A stretch of 64,000 bases of DNA from the NCBI GenBank assembly GCA_963666975.2, contig CAXVYR010000004.1:1312001-1376000 (forward strand), read 5' to 3'. The notes beneath the pieces are model-generated. The model ran no database searches. It saw only the letters and a list, made by a program, of their open reading frames with translations, and was not told the origin of the DNA. The translations under genes and the position numbers were made by a program. This DNA is from Terriglobia bacterium. Lineage in GTDB: Bacteria; Acidobacteriota; Terriglobia; 2-12-FULL-54-10. This document shows, piece by piece, positions 44,399 to 53,861 of this stretch. Within the stretch, counting starts at the first letter, position 1. Every line of letters begins with the position of its first letter.

Positions 44399-46396
44399 TC
44401 AGGGTTGCGCACTCGCTTGGCGGCGGCCACCCATCTCCATATACACGTGGAGGATGGAGACAGCCGCCGGGGTCACTCCGGGAATGCGGGAGGCTTGGCC
44501 GAGAGTTCGGGGACGGACGCGTGTCAGCTTCTCCACCATCTCTCGGGAGAGACCGGGAATGCCCTTGTACTCGAAGCCTTGCGGGATGTGGCGGCTCTCG
44601 GCCTTCTTCAACCGCGCAATCTGCTGAAGCTGCTGGGCCAGGTAGCCTCCATACTTGATGTCGATCGCCGCGATATCGAGCTCGATCCGGGTGGGCACAA
44701 AGGGCAGATTTTCTCGCAGCAGGGGCTCACAGTCATCGAGTGAAATCTCCGGCCGCTTCAACAGTTGGCTCAGGGCAGGCCTGTCGGCAGGTGCTTGGGG
44801 AAGTTTGCAATAGAGAGCTTCGCCGAGCGGTGTCGAAGGGTCGGGACGGCACTGCTCGAAAAATTCCTTCACCCGGCGCACCCGTTCATACTTCTGCTGG
44901 AACTCCTGGAAATGCTCCTCTCCAATCAGGCCCACCCTGTGACCGATCGGCATCAGCCGCAGGTCGGCATTGTCGATGCGGAGGTGGAGGCGGAACTCGG
45001 CGCGCGAGGTGAACATGCGATAGGGCTCGTCGGTCCCTTTGGTGACCAGATCATCGATAAGGATTCCGATGTATGCCTGCGTGCGGTCGAGCAAGACCGG
45101 CTCGGAGCCCTTTACTCGCAGGCCCGCGTTGATGCCGGCCATGATGCCTTGTGCGGCGGCCTCCTCGTAGCCGGTGGTTCCATTGATCTGCCCGGCGAGG
45201 TATAGTCCCCGAATCCTTTTAGTCTCCAGCGTATGGTCCAGCTCGGTGGGATCGATAAAGTCGTACTCGATGGCATAGCCGGGCCGTATCATCTCGGCTT
45301 CTTCCAGGCCCGGTATTGAGGCGACCATCTCGGCCTGCACGTCGATGGGCATGCTGGTGGACATGCCGTTCACATAGATTTCGTTGGTGTCGAGCCCCTC
45401 GGGTTCGAGGAATATCTGGTGTTTCAGCTTATCGGGGAACTTCACGACCTTGTCTTCAATGGAAGGACAGTAGCGCGGCCCAATGCCGGAGATCTGTCCG
45501 CTATAGAGCGGCGAGCGGTGCATGTTCTCGCGCAGAATGCGGTGCGTCTCGGCGTTGGTGTAGGCGATGTGGCAGACCACCTGCGGCTGTGAAATTTTCT
45601 TCGTTCGAAACGAAAAGGGGGTCGGCACGGGGTCGCCCGGCTGCGGCTCGAACTTACTCCAGTCGATGGTCCTCCCATCCAGGCGCGGCGGAGTGCCGGT
45701 CTTGAGCCTGCCATGCCGCAGGCCTATGCGCTTTAGGGCTTCACCCAAGTACATGGCTGCCGGTTCACCGCTCCTTCCAGCGGAATAAGTGTTTTCACCA
45801 CAATGGATTAGGCCGTTCAGAAAGGTCCCCGTAGTAACCACTACGGTATTACCTTGAATGGTTCTCCCGTCGCGGAGCTTTACTCCTCGCACTCGCCGCC
45901 TCCCGATACCGGCGTCTTCCACGCTGTCATCCCGAGGAGCAACGCGACGAGGGATCTGCTGTTCCGCTTTCCCCGCTCCCTCCCGGTCGCGGCTCGGATC
46001 CTCAATGACCAGGTCCACCACCTCGGCTTGCTTGATTCTCAAGTTGGGCTCCGATTCCAGCACCTGGCGCATGCGGACGCGATAGAGCTTCTTGTCGGCC
46101 TGGGCGCGCGGCGACCATACGGCGGGTCCGCGGCTGGTGTTGAGCAGGCGGAACTGTATGCCGGTGGCGTCGATCACCTCGCCCATCACTCCGCCCAGAG
46201 CGTCAACCTCGCGCACCAAGTGGCCCTTGGCGATGCCGCCGATGGCGGGGTTGCAAGACATCTGGGCGATGAGGTCCAGGTTCATGGTGCACAGAGCCGT
46301 GCGCAGCCCCATGCGCGCCGCCGCCATAGCCGCCTCGCAGCCGGAGTGGCCGGCGCCGACCACGATCACATCGAATTTTTCTTCAGTCCTTGGCAT
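44399..46396 (-). CDS. mnmG: tRNA uridine 5-carboxymethylaminomethyl modification enzyme
   Basis: [70 protein letters not shown]. Confidence 0.98.
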   Translation of the reverse strand: MPRTEEKFDVIVVGAGHSGCEAAMAAARMGLRTALCTMNLDLIAQMSCNPAIGGIAKGHLVREVDALGGVMGEVIDATGIQFRLLNTSRGPAVWSPRAQADKKLYRVRMRQVLESEPNLRIKQAEVVDLVIEDPSRDREGAGKAEQQIPRRVAPRDDSVEDAGIGRRRVRGVKLRDGRTIQGNTVVVTTGTFLNGLIHCGENTYSAGRSGEPAAMYLGEALKRIGLRHGRLKTGTPPRLDGRTIDWSKFEPQPGDPVPTPFSFRTKKISQPQVVCHIAYTNAETHRILRENMHRSPLYSGQISGIGPRYCPSIEDKVVKFPDKLKHQIFLEPEGLDTNEIYVNGMSTSMPIDVQAEMVASIPGLEEAEMIRPGYAIEYDFIDPTELDHTLETKRIRGLYLAGQINGTTGYEEAAAQGIMAGINAGLRVKGSEPVLLDRTQAYIGILIDDLVTKGTDEPYRMFTSRAEFRLHLRIDNADLRLMPIGHRVGLIGEEHFQEFQQKYERVRRVKEFFEQCRPDPSTPLGEALYCKLPQAPADRPALSQLLKRPEISLDDCEPLLRENLPFVPTRIELDIAAIDIKYGGYLAQQLQQIARLKKAESRHIPQGFEYKGIPGLSREMVEKLTRVRPRTLGQASRIPGVTPAAVSILHVYMEMGGRRQASAQP
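45923..45997. repeat. Two REP elements (families B and A) in frame inside mnmG
   Basis: 45923-45960 matches 62084-62121 at 36/38 nt; 45973-45997 CCGCTCCCTCCCGGTCGCGGCTCGG is family A. Confidence 0.9.
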
Positions 46397-46420
46397 TCCT
46401 GTTAATACTAAACGCTTATA

Positions 46421-47011
46421 CTAAACTGCCACGATGAACTTGGCCACATCCAGATAGACGTTGCGAACTTGGCGAACCTGGAAGCCTGCCTTCCGCACAT
46501 TGCCCACCGTATCACGGATCACCTCCGGGCCGAGCCGCTTACTGATGGGGTTCATCAGGTGCAGCACCATGCTGAAGGGAAACCAGCGACTGCCCGTATG
46601 TTCAAACATTCTGAGTTCCCCCTCGGGCTTGAGTACCCGCCGCAACTCCCGCAGGCCGCGCACAGGGTCGGGCACCGAGCAGAAGGTGCAGGAGGTGAAA
46701 ATTTGGTCGAAGCAATGGTTCGGAAAAGCCAGGTTGTGCGCGTCCATCTCCAGCAGCTTGATTCTCCCGTCGTATTGCTCGGCGCGAGGCCGCGCCCTTT
46801 CCAGCATCTTGTGGCTGATGTCCATGCCGACGACATCCTGATGCGGCGGAAAAAACTGTATATCAAGACCCGTGCCGACCGCCAAGAACAGAACACGTCC
46901 GCGCATCGGAGCATAAAACTCCCGCTTGAGGGGCGCCCAGCGTTTCTCCGGTCCGCGAGAATTGAAAAAATCGTAGCCTGCGGCGGCAGCGTCCCATTTA
47001 CTTCGGCTCAT
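46421..47011 (-). CDS. Class I SAM-dependent methyltransferase (PmtA/UbiE-like)
   Basis: VLFLAVGTG, GMDISHKML, FCSVPDPVRGLRELRRVLKPEG..FEH. Confidence 0.88.
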   Translation of the reverse strand: MSRSKWDAAAAGYDFFNSRGPEKRWAPLKREFYAPMRGRVLFLAVGTGLDIQFFPPHQDVVGMDISHKMLERARPRAEQYDGRIKLLEMDAHNLAFPNHCFDQIFTSCTFCSVPDPVRGLRELRRVLKPEGELRMFEHTGSRWFPFSMVLHLMNPISKRLGPEVIRDTVGNVRKAGFQVRQVRNVYLDVAKFIVAV

Positions 47012-47391
47012 TGGTTCTCCTGCCGCACCTCGCCTTGAAGAACGGCGTTGGCCAGGTAGGTAAACGCCAGCACCGCCACACCGAGCCCGGCCCCCCACAA
47101 AGCGCCGCGGTCCCATGGCAGCTCGCGGGTTGCCGCGACCGCGGCGATGATCATGCCGGTTGTCATGCCGGTCAGCATCATCGGCAGCATTACCTCAAAC
47201 GCGCCAAAAAAGACCCCACATATGAACTGGACCGGCAATGCCAGCACCATACCCAGCACCATGCCGGCCAGCATGGCGAGAAGCATGTTCCAGCTTTCCC
47301 CCACCAACCCAGCGCACGACATGCCAGCGAGGCCGCCCAGAGCGGCGTTCGATAGGATGTCACCGAGAAGAAAATAAGGGCGCGATTCCAT
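47008..47391 (-). CDS. Met/Gly-rich small membrane protein coupled to the methyltransferase
   Basis: MESRPYFLLGD... four hydrophobic helices; ATGA overlap with the downstream gene. Confidence 0.75.
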   Translation of the reverse strand: MESRPYFLLGDILSNAALGGLAGMSCAGLVGESWNMLLAMLAGMVLGMVLALPVQFICGVFFGAFEVMLPMMLTGMTTGMIIAAVAATRELPWDRGALWGAGLGVAVLAFTYLANAVLQGEVRQENQ

Positions 47392-47596
47392 AAAATTCCG
47401 TGGCTGCGATGATCTCGTTTGAGGCTGAAAACACGGGAGAGAAGCAACTCCGCTGACCTTTCCTGTCCCAATCATTCTGGCAGAGGGGTCAGGAAGGGTC
47501 AACGGGTTTGTGGAATGGGGAATCGTCACGAATACAGTTGCGTGCGCCGCCGAAAAAAATCTCGAATCCCGCATTCCCTGATAAAATCTAATCATT

Positions 47597-47658
47597 ATGC
47601 CAACAACAAAAGCGAACCTGACGGCGACGGTGAAAGCGGCCGGCTGAGCGTCCAAGCT
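47597..47658 (+). pseudogene. Displaced selD 5' end including the in-frame TGA, lacking the SECIS
   Basis: MPTTKANLTATVKAAG(U)ASKL, near-identical to 48304-48362; has its own extended -10 TGATAAAAT at 47579. Confidence 0.9.
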
Positions 47659-47707
47659 CCCGCAAAGAAGGAGAGAACCTGTGCAGTTCTGCTAGAATGG
47701 GAAAGCC

Positions 47708-47980
47708 ATGAGAAAGACAGTCACCGCCAAACGAGGCAAGACTCGCTCCAGCCCGTTTTCCGGCAAGCAATTGCCTGTTCTTGTCGAACGAGGTGAGGAC
47801 GGCTATTACGTCGTGGAATGCCCCGTGCTTCCGGGTTGCTATACTCAGGGGAAAACGCTGGACGAAGCGCTGCGAAATATTCGGGAAGTGATCGAGCTGC
47901 TTTTGGAGGAAGACCAAGCGCGCGCGTTGCTGGAGTCCTACCAGCCTACCGAGATGGGCCTCCACACGCTCACCTTATGA
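47708..47980 (+). CDS. hicB: HicB-family antitoxin
   Basis: VLVERGEDGYYVVECPVLPGCYTQGKTLDEALRNIREVIEL. Confidence 0.92.
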   Translation: MRKTVTAKRGKTRSSPFSGKQLPVLVERGEDGYYVVECPVLPGCYTQGKTLDEALRNIREVIELLLEEDQARALLESYQPTEMGLHTLTL

Positions 47981-47981
47981 G

Positions 47982-48203
47982 ATGGAGCCCCTGCCGATCC
48001 TTTCCGGAAAAGAACTGGTCCGAATTCTGGGAAAGGTTGGCTACCGGGAGGTACGGCAACGGGGAAGCCATATCCGCCTGAGCTGCCCGGGAAGAAAGCC
48101 TGTTACCGTTCCAAACTACAAGAGCATTGATCGATCACTGCTGCGAAAGATCCTCCGGGACGCCAGACTGCCGCTCGTAGAATTCCAGAAGTGGGCGCGG
48201 TAA
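47982..48203 (+). CDS. hicA: HicA-family mRNA interferase toxin
   Basis: LPILSGKELVRIL...RQRGSHIRL...VTVPN...LLRKILRDA. Confidence 0.92.
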   Translation: MEPLPILSGKELVRILGKVGYREVRQRGSHIRLSCPGRKPVTVPNYKSIDRSLLRKILRDARLPLVEFQKWAR

Positions 48204-48303
48204 AACGGGGCCGTAAGCTAAAGTTTCGCCGGTAGAAATGGCTGGAAATGCGATTCCTTGATCGCGGCTTCCTGGTAGAATCGAGTGTGACTATGGCAAC
48301 ATT

Positions 48304-49359
48304 ATGGCAACCAAGACGAACCTGACGGCGACGGTGAAAGCGGCGGGCTGAGCCTCCAAGCTGAGTCCAAAGGTTTTGGACGCCGTGCTCGGGAAGCTGC
48401 CGCCACAAAAAAACGAAAACGTGCTGGTCGGCTTTGACAAAGCCGACGACGCCGGCGTGTACCTCATCGCCCCCGACTTGGCGCTGGTGCAGACGGTGGA
48501 CTTCTTCACGCCCATCGTGGACGACCCGTTCACCTACGGAGAGATCGCCGCGGCCAACTCCCTGAGCGATGTCTACGCCATGGGCGGCAAGCCCGTCTCC
48601 GCGCTCTCGATTGTCGCCTTCCCCGGCAAGGGCGAAACGGAAATCCTGGAGCAAATCCTGCTGGGCGGCTTATCGAAGATGCAAGAGGCCGGGTGCGCTG
48701 TGATCGGCGGCCACAGCGTCGCGGACGAGGAGCTCAAGTTCGGCTACGCCGTCACCGGCACCATCCACCCGGCGCGCGTGCTCTCGAACGCCTCGGCCCG
48801 TGCCGGAGACGCGCTGCTGCTGACCAAGCGCCTGGGAACCGGCGTGATCGCGACTGCCCTCAAGAAGGGCAAGGCGTCCGAGGAGAGTGTCGCTGCGGCT
48901 GTGGAGTCGATGAAGTCGCTCAACCGGGCGGCTTGCGAGATTTTAGAGCGGATCGGAACTTCCTCCAGCGGCGCGGTCCACTCCATCACAGACATCACCG
49001 GCTTCGGCCTGCTCGGCCATGCCCGCGAGATGGCGCTGGCGAGCGAGGTAACCATCGAGATGGATCATTCCCGCGTGGCCGCGCTACCCGGCGCGCTCGA
49101 CGCCATCCGCCAGGGCTTCCTGCCCGGAGGAATAAAGAACAACCGCGAGTTCGCCTCCTGCTCCGTCTCGGTTGCGGAAGGTGTCCCGGCGGAGATCGAG
49201 TCTTTGATGTATGATCCCCAAACCTCAGGCGGCCTGCTGATCGCCATTTCGTCTCCGGCGGCAGCAGAGGCGGAGGCCGCCCTCCGCGAAGCCGGCGTTC
49301 CAGTTGCCCTCGTCGGTCGCGTCACAGCGCGCGGCGAACACGCCATCGTTGTGGCGTAG
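48304..49359 (+). CDS. selD: Selenide, water dikinase; selenoprotein (Sec16 = TGA 48349-48351)
   Basis: MATKTNLTATVKAAG-U-ASKLSPKVL in frame with DDAGVY, QTVDFFTPIVDDP, AANSLSDVYAMGG, TDITGFGLLGH, DPQTSGGLL. Confidence 0.96.
48349..48381 (+). promoter_or_regulatory. Bacterial SECIS-like hairpin
   Basis: TGA-N13-GTCCAAA-GGT-TTTGGAC: perfect 7-bp stem with a G-containing apical loop about 20 nt after the UGA. Confidence 0.75.
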
Positions 49360-49467
49360 GTCAACCACCAGGAAGTTTTCAAAGCGCAAGAGGGGAAGAA
49401 GTGCGATGCCAACCTCCGTCAGGACCCGCGGCATCCTTCATCAGGCTAAATCGCACGGAGACAAAGC

Positions 49468-49686
49468 ATGAAAACCTTTACGGCCTATATTGAGTTTGAT
49501 CCCGATACTAAACTCTATGTTGGAATTGTTCCGGGCCTCCCCGGAGCCCACACGCAGGCAGCGACCTTGGACGAGCTTCACCAGAACCTCAAAGAGGTGG
49601 TGGAACTCTGCCTGGAAGAGTACAAGGGTCCTGTTGAGTCATTGCCCCGTTTTGTGGGCCTTCAACAGGTTGAGGTAGCCATGTGA
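49468..49686 (+). CDS. hicB: HicB-family antitoxin
   Basis: FTAYIEFDPDTKLYVGIVPGLPGAHTQAATLDELHQNLKEVVELCLE. Confidence 0.92.
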   Translation: MKTFTAYIEFDPDTKLYVGIVPGLPGAHTQAATLDELHQNLKEVVELCLEEYKGPVESLPRFVGLQQVEVAM

Positions 49687-49916
49687 GTCGCCTTCCTGTC
49701 GTCAATTTCAGGAAGATGGAGAAAGTTTTGTCACAACAGGGATTTCAAACCGTCCGCCAAAAAGGAAGCCACGTTTTTTATCGTCATCCGGATGGCCGAA
49801 CAACAACCGTTCCCAATCACCCTGGAAGAGACCTTGCTCGGCCCCTCGTCCGGGAAATTCTGCGGGAGATCGAATGGACACCGGAACAGTTTCGAGAGAC
49901 GCTGGGGAAGCTATGA
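49683..49916 (+). CDS. hicA: HicA-family toxin
   Basis: RLPVV...RQKGSHVFYRHPDGRTTTVPNHPGRDL. Confidence 0.93.
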   Translation: MSRLPVVNFRKMEKVLSQQGFQTVRQKGSHVFYRHPDGRTTTVPNHPGRDLARPLVREILREIEWTPEQFRETLGKL

Positions 49917-49990
49917 ACAGCAACCTTCGCTGTTTACCAAGGGGCCGAGTGGCTTTAGACCAATTTCAGAGTTGGTGTAGAGTGCTTCAC

Positions 49991-50185
49991 AGCCCTGCAA
50001 GGGCGGCAGAATCTAGCCCAGGGCGCCAGCCCTGGGACAACGGGGACCAATATTACCTCAAGCCCCAGAGGGGCGAAAGACGCTCCGGCCCTCTTCTTTC
50101 GCCCCTTCCGGGGCTGATCCGGCGTGGCCTTTCCCACCCACGGCTGGCGCCGTGGGCTAAACTCTTGCGCCCCTCTGGGGCTTCA
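49991..50185. repeat. Multi-hairpin REP/BIME-like element (family D)
   Basis: GCCCTGCAAGGGC, CCCAGGGCGCCAGCCCTGGG, GCCCCAGAGGGGCGAAAGA...TCTTTCGCCCCTTCCGGGGC, CCCACGGCTGGCGCCGTGGG, GCCCCTCTGGGGC. Confidence 0.75.
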
Positions 50186-50297
50186 CGAGCGTTCTGGGAA
50201 GCTATACAGCAACTATGAATTTGCTCTAGCCCTGGTCAAACCGTAAGGCCTTAATGAATAGTGTTAGTTAGGAGCAGCCGCAGGGCTCGACGCCTCC

Positions 50298-51752
50298 TTA
50301 TTTCCTTCCAATCGCCTGCAACAGGTCCGCCAGCGGCACAACGATACCGTGGATCGGCACGATTCGGTCTACGTCCAGATTCAACCGCTGGATGTTGTCG
50401 TACAGGTTCACGGTGAAGACGTTGGGAATCGGCGGCGGGGCCTCGCCGGGCCGAGGCGAGTAAACGTCGGCCTCAATCAACAGCTTCTCCCCCGGCAGAT
50501 ACGCCATGATGATTCCTTCATTGTGCCCGCTGCCTTGAATGTGGTGAATTTCCATCGTCCGCTCGCCATCGGTCAGGACGTGCTTCTCCGTTACCGTCTC
50601 AAAGGTTGCCGGCCTGGGGGCCTGCGAGAGCCTGTCGGGGTTCAAGGTGCGCGGGGCTTGCCAGACCCGTTCGTAAAACGCTCTGTTCATTTCGTGCGTG
50701 ACGACCGTCGCGCCCTCGGCAACGTAGGTGCGGAGCCCGCCGGAGTGGTCGAAGTGGTGGTGGGTGTTTACCACGTAGCGGAGCGGTTTGTCGGGAACGA
50801 GCTTTTTCACCTCCGCGATCACGGCCTCAGACCGCTCCTCTCCGGCGGGAGCCTCGACCACCACCACAAAATCCCGGAACTCTACGGCCACGCTGTGATG
50901 GGAACCTCCGGTCAGATGCCACACCCCGTCCACCACTTCTTCTGACTCCACCCGAACGGGCTGCGGAGTCGATTGCCGTACGGCGTCGGGCACTTCTATA
51001 TCGGCGGCAGCATTCGGCTGGACATCGCCCACGGTAAGGTCGAGCGTAGGGTAGCCACCCTGCTTCTGAAGGATTTTCGTGGGGAACTTCACGCCGTTGA
51101 AATCCTGATAGTTCGAGTAGGCGATCTCGACCGGCATGTCCCCGAGGACAGGATTTGCAATCCAGGTTTCCACACTCTGGACCAGATTCTGATCACTGAT
51201 AATTCCATTCACCCGGAACCTGCCGTCCAGCGCGAAAGAGACGACGGTCACCTCTCTGCCTTCTCTGGTTTGCGACTCGGCAGTCGGGTTGCCAGCCATT
51301 GCCGCTCTGACAAAGCCGTGCGGCGTCAGCCAGATTTGGAGGCGTCGCTCAGCCGCAGCCTCCGGCGATGGCCTCAGGTCGTCTCCAATAATGGTCCAGG
51401 CGGCTTCCCCGCTCACCACGCCCACCTCGCGCCGTTCTCCGATGAGCGGCTGGAAACCGCCGCCGCGTGGCGGATCTTCGCGGGTCCGAACCAGCTCTTC
51501 CCGGGACGAAACGGTGTCGTAGTCGACGACCCGCACGTAGCTTTTCGCATTGAATTTCGGCCATGGCTCATTAGGGTTATAACTCTGGGCCAGAGCAAAG
51601 TAGTAGCCGCTGCCCGAATACCGGATCGATTTCAGGTTCGTGGCGCCCATCGTTCTGGCCGCATTCTCCAGGACGGTCGTTGCATCCGGAGGTCTCTGAC
51701 CACATCCCGCCAGAGCCAGGAGCGCAAGAATAAACAGGAATTTTTTCTTCAT
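50298..51752 (-). CDS. Lipoprotein with C-terminal MBL-fold metallo-hydrolase
   Basis: Lipobox LAG-C; VNTHHHFDHSGG, GHNE, EADVY, VPIHG. Confidence 0.88.
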   Translation of the reverse strand: MKKKFLFILALLALAGCGQRPPDATTVLENAARTMGATNLKSIRYSGSGYYFALAQSYNPNEPWPKFNAKSYVRVVDYDTVSSREELVRTREDPPRGGGFQPLIGERREVGVVSGEAAWTIIGDDLRPSPEAAAERRLQIWLTPHGFVRAAMAGNPTAESQTREGREVTVVSFALDGRFRVNGIISDQNLVQSVETWIANPVLGDMPVEIAYSNYQDFNGVKFPTKILQKQGGYPTLDLTVGDVQPNAAADIEVPDAVRQSTPQPVRVESEEVVDGVWHLTGGSHHSVAVEFRDFVVVVEAPAGEERSEAVIAEVKKLVPDKPLRYVVNTHHHFDHSGGLRTYVAEGATVVTHEMNRAFYERVWQAPRTLNPDRLSQAPRPATFETVTEKHVLTDGERTMEIHHIQGSGHNEGIIMAYLPGEKLLIEADVYSPRPGEAPPPIPNVFTVNLYDNIQRLNLDVDRIVPIHGIVVPLADLLQAIGRK

Positions 51753-51858
51753 AAGCCCTCCTTGGGTATCGGAATTGGCTTTCTATCCGTAAGTGTCAAT
51801 CCCGTGGCTGCAATCATAGACTACTGTAGCCATATCCGTCCCTGGTTTTTTCGACCCG

Positions 51859-53310
51859 CTACTTGCCGATGCAAAACGTCGAGAAGATGTTATTCAGGAT
51901 GTCTTCGACTGTTGTCTCGCCGGTGATGGCGTCGAGCGGGCGCAGGGCACCATAAAGATCGAGCAGCAGCATTTCGTGAGGGACGCCGTTTTCTAAGCTC
52001 TTGCGGGCGGCCGCCAGCGCCTCGAGCGACTCACAGACCAGCCGTTCCTGCCGCACGTTGGTGAGAAACTGCGACTCGCGGTCTCCGGCCAGCGCCGGGG
52101 CTGCCGTCTCCAGGATCGCCTGGCGTAGCTCTTCGATCCCTTCCCGTTTCAACGCGGAAACAGTACAGACCGGGCGACCATCCTGCGCTGCCAGCACTTG
52201 CCTGTCTAGTTGCTGCGGCAGGTCGCACTTGTTGACCACCAGCAGCATCTTGCCGAGCGCCGAGAGCCGTTCGAGCAGGTCGCGGTCCTCCGCCGTCATC
52301 TCTTCCGAGCCATCGAGCACCAGCAGGGCCATGTCGCTATCCGCCGCTGCTTCATAAGACTTGCGCACGCCGATGGTTTCGGCCTCCTCGAAGGCACGCC
52401 GCACGCCGGCCGTGTCCACAAAGCGCAACGGGATGCCCTCGAGATCGACCGTCTCAGAGACCAGGTCGCGCGTTGTCCCCGGCGCGGCGGTGACGATGGC
52501 GCGGTCTTGGTCGAGCAGGCAATTAAACAGGCTCGACTTGCCGACGTTTGGCCGCCCAAGAATGGCCAGCATAAGCCCTTGCTGGATGAGCTTGCCCGTC
52601 TGAAAGCTTTGGGCCATCTGTGCCAGCGCTTCTTCTACGGGTTCCATGCGCGAGCCGATCTCGGCAGCAGGAAGAACGCTGACATCATCTTCGGCGAAGT
52701 CGATCCCGGCCTCGAGCAGCGAGATCAGGTCAACCAGTTGCTTTTTGACAGGAGCCAGGCGGTGGGAGACGGCCCCTTCCACCTGCTGCGCGGCGACGCG
52801 TGCCTGGTAGAGCGTTCGGGCCTCAATCAGGTCGTTGACCGCCTCGGCCTGGGTGAGGTCGATGCGGCCGTTGAGGAAGGCGCGCAGCGTGAACTCGCCC
52901 GGCTCGGCCAAGCGCGCTCCCGCATCGAGGCACCGCTGGACCAAAAACTCCAGGACCACCGGCGAGCCGTGGCAACTGACCTCTATAACGTCTTCGGCTG
53001 TGTAAGAGCGGGGCTTGGGAAAGTATGTAGCAAGGACGCGGTCGATAGCTGCGCTTTGCCCGGCATGACCCCCTTCATTACTATTCTCGTCCGGCAACTC
53101 GGCATAGACAACGTGCCAGGGAGCGAGCGCCAGCGGTGCCGATGATTTTCCTTCCGCAACTCCGTTGGCACGTCGGCTGGCACTTCGGCCGGCACGTCGC
53201 AATATCTTTTGCGCGATGCGCAGGGCGTCAGGCCCGGAGAGACGTACGACACCGATGCCGCCGCGCCCGGCGGGCGTGGAGATGGCAACAATGGTATCGT
53301 CGGTGTTCAT
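51859..53310 (-). CDS. mnmE: tRNA modification GTPase
   Basis: [54 protein letters not shown]. Confidence 0.98.
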   Translation of the reverse strand: MNTDDTIVAISTPAGRGGIGVVRLSGPDALRIAQKILRRAGRSASRRANGVAEGKSSAPLALAPWHVVYAELPDENSNEGGHAGQSAAIDRVLATYFPKPRSYTAEDVIEVSCHGSPVVLEFLVQRCLDAGARLAEPGEFTLRAFLNGRIDLTQAEAVNDLIEARTLYQARVAAQQVEGAVSHRLAPVKKQLVDLISLLEAGIDFAEDDVSVLPAAEIGSRMEPVEEALAQMAQSFQTGKLIQQGLMLAILGRPNVGKSSLFNCLLDQDRAIVTAAPGTTRDLVSETVDLEGIPLRFVDTAGVRRAFEEAETIGVRKSYEAAADSDMALLVLDGSEEMTAEDRDLLERLSALGKMLLVVNKCDLPQQLDRQVLAAQDGRPVCTVSALKREGIEELRQAILETAAPALAGDRESQFLTNVRQERLVCESLEALAAARKSLENGVPHEMLLLDLYGALRPLDAITGETTVEDILNNIFSTFCIGK

Positions 53311-53340
53311 GGGAACGATCGGCGGGCACACATCTGGGAA

Positions 53341-53364
53341 CGCTCCCTCACGGTCGCGGCTCGG
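53341..53364 (-). repeat. REP family A copy supplying the jag stop codon
   Basis: CGCTCCCTCACGGTCGCGGCTCGG; encodes the ...SEPRP* end. Confidence 0.85.
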
Positions 53365-53860
53365 ATTTTTTGTCCGCTGGATAAATGACCACTTTGCGGT
53401 AGGGCCCCCCGCCCTCGCTTTCGGTGCGTACCGCCGGGTTTTCCTTCAGGGCCAGGTGGACGATGCGCCGGTCGCGGGAGGTCATAGGACTCAGAGAAAA
53501 GGGCATGCGGCCGTGGGCCACCCGCTCGGCTGCCGTTTCGGCCATCAGCCGCAGCTCGTCGAGATGCAATGTTCTAAAATCCTGGCAGTCGAAGACGATT
53601 TTGCCCTGCTCGGTCAGCGGCAGGCGCAGAGCCTTGGTGACGATCTGTTCCAGCGCCTCCAGCAGCTCGCCGCCGCGCTCCAAAAGGAGATTGGTGTCGG
53701 GGCCGGAGAAATTCACCACCAACTCCGGACTTCCCAGGTCGCGATATCTCTCCGATCCCGCCTGCATTTGAAATTGCAGGTGGAACCTGGCCTGCTGCAA
53801 CAGCGGGCCGAGCAATTGCTCCACTTGCGGTTTCACTTTTTCCAGATCCAATGCTCCCAT
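53348..53860 (-). CDS. jag: Jag/KhpB-like RNA-binding protein (KH + R3H, no Jag_N)
   Basis: [38 protein letters not shown]; lies between yidC and mnmE. Confidence 0.9.
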   Translation of the reverse strand: MGALDLEKVKPQVEQLLGPLLQQARFHLQFQMQAGSERYRDLGSPELVVNFSGPDTNLLLERGGELLEALEQIVTKALRLPLTEQGKIVFDCQDFRTLHLDELRLMAETAAERVAHGRMPFSLSPMTSRDRRIVHLALKENPAVRTESEGGGPYRKVVIYPADKKSEPRP

Positions 53861-53861
53861 C

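Noticed and set aside
47392-47655. N-terminal extension of the 215-aa minus-strand ORF
   Set aside because: Antisense to the selD fragment and intergenic DNA; the hydrophobic protein starts at 47391.
50298-51752. Metallo-beta-lactamase resistance gene
   Set aside because: HxHxDH marks only the fold; the long N-terminal domain and lipoprotein signal fit an uncharacterised hydrolase family.
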